Assembly: GCA_015067005.1 (NCBI GenBank)
Contig: SVNH01000007.1
Coordinates: 41,410 to 105,409, forward strand
Length of the DNA stretch: 64,000 nt
Direction: 5' to 3'
Origin: Ruminococcus flavefaciens
GTDB taxonomy: Bacteria > Bacillota > Clostridia > Oscillospirales > Ruminococcaceae
This document shows, piece by piece, positions 19,304-27,960 of this stretch. Below the pieces are notes generated by a model that did not search any database, was not told where the DNA came from, and saw only the letters and a list, made by a program, of their open reading frames with translations. The number at the start of each line of letters is the position of its first letter. Position 1 is the first letter of the stretch. Both the position numbers and the translations under genes were made by a program.

Positions 19304-20143
19304 TTATTCTTCCGCTCTGAACGGCGGTCTTGTCCAGATGTCGATGTCCGGTTCACGGCACGAAAGGAAATGCACCAGAGATTCGGCAAGAGTAAGTATA
19401 CCGACAAGCGGAATATTATGAACATATCCATATATCGGGAAAGGCTCTCCGCCGGTATTGGCTGTGAGCTGCCACATTATCCCGAAATGCTCAAGGCGGT
19501 CAACTATATCGGAAACTATATCCAGTGGTATATCGAGTTTCTTCGAGATACACTCCTTTGTGAGGATGTAGTTGCGTCCGAGGGTTTCGGCATAGCTGAT
19601 TATTTTGAGCGCATTTTCATCGGAAAGGAAACCGAAAAGCTCCATTATCCTCTGACTTATCGAAAAATAGCTGTTGATCCCTTTTTCGGGGATACGCATG
19701 AAGCATATGTACTGCATATCAGGATTGAGTCGGGCAAGTCCCAGCTCATGATCAGTACGCAGATGAGCAAATGTCTCATGTGCAAAAGCCTCAGGGTACT
19801 TTATGTTCTCAGGAGCGGTGTTCATATTGTATGCACAAAGCATACTGTAAAACTGCTCCATAACGAACCGCCCCTTGTTCTCAGGAGGAAGCCTTCTTAT
19901 CTTCTCGGCTGAGGCAGTACCAAGATCAAGCATTCCCGAGTCATCGGTGAGACCAAAAAGCGAATCGAGTGAAACTCCAAGTGTACGTGCAAGTAACGGC
20001 AGCAATTCACTGTCGGGGTAGCTGCCCTTCTCCCACTTTGATACCGCCTGCGGAGTGACCATCAGCGCGGCGGCAAGCTGACTTTGTGTAAGCCCTGCCT
20101 TTTTGCGGTATTTTATAAGATTCTGACTGAATTTCATATCCAT
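19304..20143 (-). CDS. XRE-family HTH regulator with a ~210-aa uncharacterised C-terminal domain
   Basis: HTH_3: IKYRKKAGLTQSQLAAALMVTPQAVSKWEKG. The start is ambiguous: ATG 20143 and 20137 lie just before the HTH, while the track ORF extends to 20332. The stop is 49 nt upstream of the GH44 start on the same strand. Confidence 0.7.
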   Translation of the reverse strand: MDMKFSQNLIKYRKKAGLTQSQLAAALMVTPQAVSKWEKGSYPDSELLPLLARTLGVSLDSLFGLTDDSGMLDLGTASAEKIRRLPPENKGRFVMEQFYSMLCAYNMNTAPENIKYPEAFAHETFAHLRTDHELGLARLNPDMQYICFMRIPEKGINSYFSISQRIMELFGFLSDENALKIISYAETLGRNYILTKECISKKLDIPLDIVSDIVDRLEHFGIMWQLTANTGGEPFPIYGYVHNIPLVGILTLAESLVHFLSCREPDIDIWTRPPFRAEE

Positions 20144-20376
20144 AACAAGAGCGTCCTCTCCGGAAGAAATTCTGCGTTGAATGTCCTGAGCCTGCTGTGC
20201 CTTGACCATGTCCTTTTTCATATACTTATAATAACACAGGTACAAGTTGAATTCAAGCAAGGCTTTCTTTGCAGAATTAAACCCATGATTGATTGTTAAA
20301 CTGTTGGTTGTATCAATTATACCATACGCCACAGCTCATGTAAAGTCCGGCACAAGATTGTTTACAAAAAATTAAA

Positions 20377-20410
20377 AAGGCTGACTCCGTATCATGCGAA
20401 GTCAGCCTTC
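20377..20410 (-). terminator. intrinsic terminator downstream of the cohesin-dockerin gene
   Basis: AAGGCTGACT...AGTCAGCCTT stem flanked by A/T runs. Confidence 0.65.
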
Positions 20411-20414
20411 AATA

Positions 20415-21815
20415 TCAGTTTTGTTTCTTTGGCTTTTTTCCTATCGAAGCCAGCCAAGCTAAAATATCATTGTCCTTAGGGTTATTTGCAAGATATGCGC
20501 AATACCTCATCACAAGCGTTGCATCAGTAACATTTATCCTGCCATCAAAGTTAAGATCAGCAGCGATCCATTGTTTATCGTTAAAAGCGCCCGGCTTGTT
20601 ATTTGCAAGCAATGAAACCTCACGCAGCACCTTAGTAGCATCAATTGTATTGATTCTGCCGTTACCGTCAACATCGCCCAGCGAGTATTCTTTCTCATTT
20701 GGCTGTGTCACCGGATCAGTTGGTGGATCTGTCACCGGATCCGTTGGCGGGTCTGTTACCGGAGCAGTTGGCGGCTCTGTTACCGGATCAGTTGGCGGCT
20801 CTGTCACCGGATCCGTTGGTGATTCTGTCACCGGATCCGTTGGCGGCTCTGTTACCGGATCAGTTGGCGGCACTGTTACCGGATCCGTTGGCGGATCTGT
20901 TACCGGATCAGTTGGCGGATCTGTCACCGGATCAGTTGGCGGATCTGTCACCGGATCAGTTGGCGGATCTGTCACCGGATCAGTTGGAGGCTCTGTCACC
21001 GGATCTGTTGGCGGCTCTGTCACCGGATCAGTTGGCGGATCTGTTACCGGATCAGTTGGCGGCTCTGTCACCGGATCTGTTGGCGGATCTGTTACCGGAT
21101 CTGTTGGCAGATCTGTTACCGGATCAGTTGGCGGTTCTGTCTGTTTTTCACAGATTCTGATATACCCGTTATGGATTCCGTTTTTGAAGAACCATGCTTC
21201 CATCAGATCGCTTTTATCATCACTCGGAACATTCTGAAAACAATCGTGCGTATATTCATCCTCGTAATACTCAACACCGATCGGGTATACATCGCCTACT
21301 GAAGCGTCAGACGGCAAAACAAAATCGACCGTCCATGCAGCTCCGTCAGAACCATGTCCGCTGCCGCTGTAAATACTAAGGAACAACTGACCTTCCACAT
21401 ATTTTTTACAGTCAAAATCCATATCAGAAAGCGCTTCACATTTCTGTGCAATTTTTCCGGAATTATCCGGCTTTATGGTAAGACGGTCATCATAATAGAT
21501 GTTAAGTCCAACAGCTGAGTAGCTGTTCTGAGTTCCCTGCATAGTAAACTCGACCGTCTGCACTGAACCTCCTATGGATTCGCTGTACTCGACATCAGCC
21601 TGTGTAATATAAAGCTCTGGACGTATCGTTGATTTATCAACGTCAAGTGTAGTAGTAAAGCTGCTGTTGTCATAAGGTATGATCTGGTTACTGTGTGACT
21701 TGACAATACTGTAAGTATGTTCTGATGCCACTGCTAAAGCTGAGATTGAAACCGAAGCGGTAATTGCAGCCGCAGTCAATCCTGCAATAAACCTTTTCAA
21801 ATAATGATTCTTCAT
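20415..21815 (-). CDS. adaptor-scaffoldin-like protein: cohesin-like module, 18x PTDPVT(D/E)P linker, dockerin
   Basis: Signal peptide begins at ATG 21815 (MKNHYLKRFIAGLTAAAITASV). Cohesin-like pattern: VEFTMQGT..AVGLNIYYDDRLTIKPD..GQLFLSIYSG..GAAWTVDFVLPSDASVGDVYPIGVEY. C-terminal dockerin: GDVDGNGRINTIDATKVL...ADLNFDGRINVTDATLVM. Confidence 0.7.
   Translation of the reverse strand: MKNHYLKRFIAGLTAAAITASVSISALAVASEHTYSIVKSHSNQIIPYDNSSFTTTLDVDKSTIRPELYITQADVEYSESIGGSVQTVEFTMQGTQNSYSAVGLNIYYDDRLTIKPDNSGKIAQKCEALSDMDFDCKKYVEGQLFLSIYSGSGHGSDGAAWTVDFVLPSDASVGDVYPIGVEYYEDEYTHDCFQNVPSDDKSDLMEAWFFKNGIHNGYIRICEKQTEPPTDPVTDLPTDPVTDPPTDPVTEPPTDPVTDPPTDPVTEPPTDPVTEPPTDPVTDPPTDPVTDPPTDPVTDPPTDPVTDPPTDPVTVPPTDPVTEPPTDPVTESPTDPVTEPPTDPVTEPPTAPVTDPPTDPVTDPPTDPVTQPNEKEYSLGDVDGNGRINTIDATKVLREVSLLANNKPGAFNDKQWIAADLNFDGRINVTDATLVMRYCAYLANNPKDNDILAWLASIGKKPKKQN
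20702..21136 (-). repeat. 18 tandem copies of a 24-nt coding repeat (PTDPVTDP/EP linker)
   Basis: Near-identical ccggatcagttggcggatctgtca units read directly in the sequence. The antisense ORFs in the track (GSVTGSVGG...) are artefacts of the repeat. Confidence 0.95.
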
Positions 21816-21890
21816 TTTTGATTCCTTTCCAAAAATAATATCCCTATCTACAATTTTAACATCATAGCCATTAAATGTCAATAGAAAAAA

Positions 21891-21920
21891 ATTATGCTGC
21901 CATTTTCATGACAGCATAAT
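21891..21920 (-). terminator. intrinsic terminator downstream of the GH43 gene
   Basis: ATTATGCTG...CAGCATAAT stem, followed on the minus strand by TTTTTTTC. Confidence 0.65.
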
Positions 21921-21957
21921 CCCATTTTTTGGAGGACAAATCAATCCTGTAATTCAA

Positions 21958-24900
21958 TTATTGATTCTCACGGAAGAAGTAAGGAAGTGCATCATAGATG
22001 TACCATCTTACAAAGCCCCACCAGTGAGTTTTCTTAACTCCGTCGTTACTGCTTGCAACGAGGAAGTAGAAGTTGCCCTGTGAGAAGTCGGATGTGTAGG
22101 TGAAGCGCTTTGTATCGTTCTTGAGTGTCGGGATTAGAGTCTGCATATTTCCGTATGCGAGATCCTCATCGCCGGTAGCAGCGAGTACAAAGTAGTCTCT
22201 CTGAGTAAATCCGGACTTGTCGATAGCGTTCTGTATACCTTCTGCGCCAAGCCAGCAGTGACCTGAAAGCGGCATAAAGTATGCGATAATATCAAGGTTA
22301 TTGCAGAAATTGTTCCATGTTGAACCGCCGCCCATTGAGAAGCCGCCGTATGCACGGTGGAATCTTGAAGCCTTGAGTCCATCAAGAGTTGTGTTTTCTG
22401 CGTATGTAGAGTATTTACCTTCTACGAACGGTATGATGCTCTGACGCATTTCATCCCATACTGTTCCGGCGCCCATGTTGTTATCAGGTGCAGGACAGCC
22501 GTTGAATGTAGGTGTAACAACGATCATCGGTTCGATCTCGCCGTTCTTTATCATCCAGTCGAGTATCTGCTGCATTTTAACATCATTACTGAAGCAGGTA
22601 TTCTCATTCTCTCCGCCGCCGTGCATGAGGTAGAATACGTTATACTTCTTGGACGAATCATAGCCGTAAGGCGTATAAACATTGAGTGCCTTATTGCCAT
22701 TGATGCCGGAATAGTATTCCTTGGTCACCTTACCAGCCTCAGGACAGGTCTGTTTCAGGTAATCGTCGTTAGCGTGATACTGGAGATTAGCAACATACTC
22801 ATAGTTGCTTGTCGGCTTTTCAGGTACCGGGAATTCATCTATCTTGCCGAGTACGAACTCCTGCATGAGAGTTACATCTGTAATATTGAATTCGCCGTCC
22901 TGATTAACGTCTGAATTGAGTTCAGCAGCCTTTGTATCGAATTTGCCGTTTATAAGTCCGCGGCGGGCAATTATCATATCGTATCCATTGATACGTCCAT
23001 CGCCTGTGAGATCGCCAAGAACGCAGCTGACACCCTTAGGTCCCTTTATTTCAGTACCTTCAACAGCACCGATAGCCTCATCTACATAGAAGCTGCTTGA
23101 GCCGCTTTCTGTCTCAACATATATCGAGATCTCAGAAGCATCCGCAGGGATAGTATAGCTCGGATTATAAAGCTGTACCCACTCACCTGCTATCGTGCTG
23201 CCCTCTGCGATAGTTGAATAGATCATTTCGTCAGAGGAATCCTTATACTGGAGCTTCATGAAGAATTTCTGACTCTTTGCTCCTTCGGTATACATTGCAT
23301 CAGCACTAAAAGCATAGGTCTCTCCGGGCTTGAATACATTTTTACTAAGAGTCTTGATCGCACCGTTCCATGAAGCCTCTCTGTTTGAAGTGTACAGTGA
23401 ACCAGTACCGGCATAAGCCATTTCAGTGCTTGCACTTACCTTTGCGCTTCCGCGTCCTGACCAGCTGTTTGTACCGCTCTCAAATGTATCATGGTAATAA
23501 TAGCCATTGTCATCGGCTTCAAAATTAGTGATCTTACCAGTAAGCTGCTTGCTGCCGTTAGCACCGTTCCAGCTTGTACGGTCATAATCAAAATAGTCAA
23601 TATCAGCATAACCGCCGGTAGTCTTTGTAGCGTAGCTGTAAATGCCGCTTCTGTAACCGGTGAAGAGTTTAAGGTCATAGGACATACTGAGTTCTTCGCC
23701 GATCTTAGTCCAGCTGATACCGTCGTAAGAATAGTAGAAATTAGCCTTGTCAATGTCTCTTGAAGCGCTCTTGTCAGAGCCTACATCAGCAAACTTGAAG
23801 TCCACCTTGAGGTATACCTCATCGCCGCTGAGATTAGCCTCTTCAACTATCTTGTTGGAGGTCGTATCTATCGCATCGCCGCTGTTTTTCGACATATATA
23901 TCTTCTTTGCGCCGCTGTCTGTAACATAAACGCCTACGCAGCCGTACTTGAGCTGGAAAGCTGAAAGTCCGGCGTAGTCGCCTGCCTTCATGTTCTTGGT
24001 ATCAAGCTTTATCGAGCTGCTGCAAGCCGGTCCCTCTGTACGCATCGTAAGAGTATTTCTTGCATTGAGAAGATGTGAAGCGAGCGTCTTGTTCTTTAAT
24101 CTGAGATAGCCGGGACGTTCAGTAACTGACCATGCTGAATTGTCAGGATTGTGATTCCACTGCCATTCAAGCGCAAGATTGTTATCAGTGTAATCAAAGC
24201 TGTCATCTCCTGCGAGATCAGTACCGGATCCGGAAATATCAAGTGTGAGCGGAGCCTTACCGCTTTCGCCCATTATCGGCCAGTCGTTCTGCCATGTTAC
24301 AGGAACGAGGACAGGTATACGCCCCACTGAGCCGTGATCCTGGAAAAGCATACCATACCACTTGCCGTCAGGAGTTTCAACTATGCCGCCCTGAGCAACT
24401 CCGCTTCCGTAAGAACCTACGCCGGAATCAAGGATGGTCTTGCTCTCGTAAGTTCCGAGAAGATCCTTGCTTCTGTAACAGATCTCAACACGTCCTGTCC
24501 CCTGCGGCCATGCTATGATAAATATGTAGTAATAATCCCCTATTTTCTGGATATGTGAACCTTCGCCGGCAACATATCCTGTTATATTTGTCTTAAAGAG
24601 AGTCTTATCAACTCCGCCGCTCTTGAAGCCGGTCATATCGGAATTGAGTTCCTTGATCTTGATCTCTCCGCCACCGTAAACGAGGTAATTCCTGCCGTCG
24701 TCATCGAAAAGCAGAGAAGCGTCATGATACATACCGTTCAGCTCAACCTTTGACCATTCACCATTTTCAATATCATCGGTCGAGTAGATGTATGACTTGT
24801 TAGTGCTGTAACTTCCAAAAAATACGTAAAACTTGCCTGTTTTTTCATTGTAGCGCAGACTTGCTGCCCACTGACCTTTTGCATAGTCATGCTTGCCGTT

Positions 24901-25209
24901 TTTCAGATTTTCGCCGTCGCCCTCTGCAAGGCGGTCGTAAACATAGCCGCACATCTCCCATGAAACAAGGTCCTTGGACTTCATTATCGGTGCACCGGGG
25001 CTGAAATACATCGTCGTGCTGACCATGTAATAAGTATCCCCAACGCGGATAACGTCATCATCAGGAACATCTGACCAGATCACCGGATTGTTGATAACAG
25101 ACACTGCGGCATCAGCTGTCACGGGCTCCCTCGGAATGTAAACACTTGTCATCACAGCAGCTGCTGAAAGACATACTGCCAATGCTGACTTTATCTTTCT
25201 TATATTCAT
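21958..25209 (-). CDS. multidomain cellulosomal hemicellulase: GH43 + beta-sandwich + CBM(22/4_9-like) + internal dockerin + CE1-type esterase
   Basis: GH43 N-terminus: NPVIWSDVPDDDVIRVGDTYYMVSTTMYFSPGAPIMKSKDLVSWE. CBM-like segment: YYHDTFESGTNSWSGRG...FYVDEA. Dockerin: GDLTGDGRINGYDMII...DVNQDGEFNITDVTLM. Esterase: YLMHGGGENENT...GGFSMGG. The start is set at ATG 25209 (MNIRKIKSALAV signal peptide). Confidence 0.8.
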   Translation of the reverse strand: MNIRKIKSALAVCLSAAAVMTSVYIPREPVTADAAVSVINNPVIWSDVPDDDVIRVGDTYYMVSTTMYFSPGAPIMKSKDLVSWEMCGYVYDRLAEGDGENLKNGKHDYAKGQWAASLRYNEKTGKFYVFFGSYSTNKSYIYSTDDIENGEWSKVELNGMYHDASLLFDDDGRNYLVYGGGEIKIKELNSDMTGFKSGGVDKTLFKTNITGYVAGEGSHIQKIGDYYYIFIIAWPQGTGRVEICYRSKDLLGTYESKTILDSGVGSYGSGVAQGGIVETPDGKWYGMLFQDHGSVGRIPVLVPVTWQNDWPIMGESGKAPLTLDISGSGTDLAGDDSFDYTDNNLALEWQWNHNPDNSAWSVTERPGYLRLKNKTLASHLLNARNTLTMRTEGPACSSSIKLDTKNMKAGDYAGLSAFQLKYGCVGVYVTDSGAKKIYMSKNSGDAIDTTSNKIVEEANLSGDEVYLKVDFKFADVGSDKSASRDIDKANFYYSYDGISWTKIGEELSMSYDLKLFTGYRSGIYSYATKTTGGYADIDYFDYDRTSWNGANGSKQLTGKITNFEADDNGYYYHDTFESGTNSWSGRGSAKVSASTEMAYAGTGSLYTSNREASWNGAIKTLSKNVFKPGETYAFSADAMYTEGAKSQKFFMKLQYKDSSDEMIYSTIAEGSTIAGEWVQLYNPSYTIPADASEISIYVETESGSSSFYVDEAIGAVEGTEIKGPKGVSCVLGDLTGDGRINGYDMIIARRGLINGKFDTKAAELNSDVNQDGEFNITDVTLMQEFVLGKIDEFPVPEKPTSNYEYVANLQYHANDDYLKQTCPEAGKVTKEYYSGINGNKALNVYTPYGYDSSKKYNVFYLMHGGGENENTCFSNDVKMQQILDWMIKNGEIEPMIVVTPTFNGCPAPDNNMGAGTVWDEMRQSIIPFVEGKYSTYAENTTLDGLKASRFHRAYGGFSMGGGSTWNNFCNNLDIIAYFMPLSGHCWLGAEGIQNAIDKSGFTQRDYFVLAATGDEDLAYGNMQTLIPTLKNDTKRFTYTSDFSQGNFYFLVASSNDGVKKTHWWGFVRWYIYDALPYFFRENQ

Positions 25210-25406
25210 TGGATCTTCCCCCTTTGTGTACAATATATATATTTATTATATTATTATCCCCGCAGTCGCGTCAACTCACATAATGAAGATAAGGTGTACA
25301 AAATGCACATCATCCACAATAATATCAATATTTTACGTTGATTATTAAGATTCATTTTGTACACTTTCACATTTTAGTCCGATAAGATGCTGATTTTACA
25401 CAAAAA

Positions 25407-25432
25407 TCACGGAAGTCATTTGACTTCCGTGA
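25407..25432 (-). terminator. intrinsic terminator downstream of the GLUG/Big_2 gene
   Basis: CACGGAAGTCA / TGACTTCCGTG inverted repeat. Confidence 0.6.
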
Positions 25433-25453
25433 CAGTAATTGTATTTTATTTAA

Positions 25454-27655
25454 TTAAAGCGAGTCCAGAAGCTTGAGGATATACTCCTGTATTCTAAGCG
25501 CATCCTGTAAGTTCAGACCCTGTATAGTATCAACATCGCCGTTTATGATGCCCTGTGGCTTTATACGTTCGCTGCTCGTACCCTTTTCACCGTATTTTGC
25601 AGGATTAAGATATGACTGCATTATCATTACAACATCCGACATATTTACCTCAAAGTCACAGTTTGCATCCCCTCTGATTTTTGATATTTCCGTGCCTGCC
25701 TCTTTTACAGTTACCTGACAAGTAAGATTTTTTCCAGTTGAAAGCATAGCGTATATAGTTGCTTCACCTGCTCCGACAGTTGTGATCGAAGCCGTATTCC
25801 CCTCGCCCTTTGCTACTTTCACGACCTGAGTATCCGAGGATATCCAAGTTATACTTCCGCTGTAATTAAGAACCGTGATCTTATCTTCATCGCCATTTGT
25901 GAGCGTCAAAGAATCCTTATCAAGTCTTAAGCTTTCAGTTACAGGCTCTTCAGAAGTAGGCTCTATCTCATTGCTTACAGTTACCTTGCAGACATATTTG
26001 TTTCCATTTATAGATGCAGTAATGTCGCAGCTGCCTTCACCGATAGCTTTTACAGTACCGTCCTTAGCAACTGTTGCAACCTTTGCATCAGATGAAGCAA
26101 ATGCTACCTTAGCCGGATCAATAGCAGTTTTATTGGAATAAACGGTAAGCTTTTCAAATGCGCCGATATTCATCGAAAGACTCTCCTTGTCGAGAGAATA
26201 GGCACTGACAGTTACATCGCATACTGCCTTTGAATCGCCGTAAAGAGCGTAGATAAGGGCATTTCCGTTTCCTACCGGTTTTACGACTCCTTCGATGTCA
26301 ACGATAGCCACTTCCGGATCAGAGGAAAGCCAAGTTATCTCACCTTCATCGTTTTCCCACAGCTTCAACTGTTCAGTTTTATCAAAGCTGTCAAACCTGA
26401 GCGACGGCTTATCAAATCTAAGGTGGACGTTCTCCTTCTCGATTGCAAGATGCGAAAAATCATTAGGCACATACACGTACGCCCCGCCAAGCGAGCCTGC
26501 AAATTTCTCAGTCTTCATATTTGCTTCTGTTTTTGCGTAAACTCCGGTTGGATCTGCCTTATTATATGCTGCACTCTTAGCTGTCGTATTCAGATAGTAT
26601 ACATTCGTAGTTTTTAAATAACCCCGTTCGTTGCAAATGCCGTATATTGCTCCGCACGAACTTCCAGAGACATTTCCGGAATTATAAATATTAGCTATTT
26701 CATGAACATTTGTACTATCGTAATCATCGTAGCCAAATACACCGCCATTATATTCATCACCTGTTACTATTCCGCGGTTATAACAGCTATTCATGGTAAA
26801 TCTTTCGCTTGTATATCCAAATATACCACCGGCATAATTACCACCTGTTACTTTAGCATAATTAAAACAATTATTGATAGGACCAGATGTAACTCTACCT
26901 GATATTCCGCCTGCCCCGAATGCTGATGATATCTCACCATAGCTGGCACAATTCTTAGGATTAACTGTTGAATATCCACAGATTCCGCCGCAGTAAGTAT
27001 ATTTTTTATTGGATCTGATTTCACCGCTGAAAACACAATCAGTAGCGCTTCCTTTTCCACAGATTCCGCCAATATAATATTTATTGGTACTTGTTCCATC
27101 TAAACCGCCTGATATTTTTCCGCTGAAATAACAATTCTCGATATTTGCAGCGTATCGGCAGATACCACCTACATTTCCTTCAGTAGTACTTATGGTTGCG
27201 TTAACAAAATTGATGTTCATTATTTTTCCGCCCACATTATCAAACATACCATTTTTAGCGGAGTAATAATTATAAATATAATGTCCTTTTCCGTCAAACG
27301 TTCCGCTGAAAGTTGTCGATTTACCTATCGGTATCCAGCTGTTCTTTTGGCTGTCTGATTCATTGAGATACAAGTCATTTTCGAGGTAGATAGTCTTGTT
27401 TTTAAAATCTTTTTTGCTGGAAGTCGAAAGCACCACAACTCCTGCAAGCTGCTCAGCCGTTGTAAGGTGGAACTCGGTTTCCTCATCGTCATACCATGTA
27501 GTATCAGATGTTCCATCCCACACGGTTATCTTAGCTGCTTCCTCAGCCTGAGATACTATCACGCTGCTGTTATCAGATGCAAGCGGAACGTAGCCAACGC
27601 TTCCGATCGCACATAGAGCCGCAATTGCTGCTGCGGCTATCTTTCGTGTTTTCAT
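25454..27655 (-). CDS. secreted GLUG-repeat / three Big_2 / dockerin protein of unknown function
   Basis: Signal peptide. Repeated GGICxxxxxIxNCxxxGxI(S/T)G units are GLUG-like. Three Ig-like modules: ..VAIVDIEGVVKPVGNGNALIYA.., ..ATVAKDGTVKAIGEGSCDITA.., ..VKVAKGEGNTASITTVGAGEATIYA... C-terminal dockerin GDANCDFEVNMSDVVMIMQSYLNPAKYG. Confidence 0.7.
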   Translation of the reverse strand: MKTRKIAAAAIAALCAIGSVGYVPLASDNSSVIVSQAEEAAKITVWDGTSDTTWYDDEETEFHLTTAEQLAGVVVLSTSSKKDFKNKTIYLENDLYLNESDSQKNSWIPIGKSTTFSGTFDGKGHYIYNYYSAKNGMFDNVGGKIMNINFVNATISTTEGNVGGICRYAANIENCYFSGKISGGLDGTSTNKYYIGGICGKGSATDCVFSGEIRSNKKYTYCGGICGYSTVNPKNCASYGEISSAFGAGGISGRVTSGPINNCFNYAKVTGGNYAGGIFGYTSERFTMNSCYNRGIVTGDEYNGGVFGYDDYDSTNVHEIANIYNSGNVSGSSCGAIYGICNERGYLKTTNVYYLNTTAKSAAYNKADPTGVYAKTEANMKTEKFAGSLGGAYVYVPNDFSHLAIEKENVHLRFDKPSLRFDSFDKTEQLKLWENDEGEITWLSSDPEVAIVDIEGVVKPVGNGNALIYALYGDSKAVCDVTVSAYSLDKESLSMNIGAFEKLTVYSNKTAIDPAKVAFASSDAKVATVAKDGTVKAIGEGSCDITASINGNKYVCKVTVSNEIEPTSEEPVTESLRLDKDSLTLTNGDEDKITVLNYSGSITWISSDTQVVKVAKGEGNTASITTVGAGEATIYAMLSTGKNLTCQVTVKEAGTEISKIRGDANCDFEVNMSDVVMIMQSYLNPAKYGEKGTSSERIKPQGIINGDVDTIQGLNLQDALRIQEYILKLLDSL

Positions 27656-27882
27656 AATAACCCCTCCTGAAATATTATACTTATCTGCATCCCCACAGAT
27701 AGTTTATTATAAGCATTATACCATATTATTCCAGATTAATAAACAACATTTTGTTAATTTTGTCTTGATATTTTACTATTTTGTATATATCTACAAGACG
27801 TGCAGCGATCCTTTGTGTAAGTTGCTTTATACTCTTTCCGTCTGGAAAGCAGCTGAAAATAATACGTTACAATTCAAAGAGC

Positions 27883-27916
27883 AAAAGCGGCATCGCTTAT
27901 ATGCAATGCCGCTTTT
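27883..27916 (-). terminator. intrinsic terminator downstream of the GH5 gene
   Basis: AAAAGCGGCAT...ATGCCGCTTTT stem-loop. Confidence 0.65.
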
Positions 27917-27960
27917 ACATACACCTATTCAGTTTGGAGGGGAATTTTTCAGCTTATTAT

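Noticed and set aside
19255-19431. The 59-aa N-terminal extension of the GH44 ORF in the track. The same issue applies to the extensions at 29443-29541, 37030-37146, 38570-38641, 21816-21881 and 25210-25233.
   Set aside because: In each case an internal ATG with a good SD starts a typical signal peptide or the conserved domain. The extensions overlap neighbouring genes or intergenic terminators.
20702-21136. Regularly spaced short repeats that could be mistaken for a CRISPR array.
   Set aside because: The units are contiguous with no spacers, are in frame within a long ORF with a signal peptide and a dockerin, and there are no cas genes nearby.
20470-21237. Long plus-strand ORFs (255 aa and 153 aa) encoding GSVTGSVGG / LSPDQLA repeats.
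   Set aside because: They are antisense or alternative-frame readings of the 24-nt tandem repeat inside the minus-strand cohesin-dockerin gene. They have no SD and no non-repetitive flanks.
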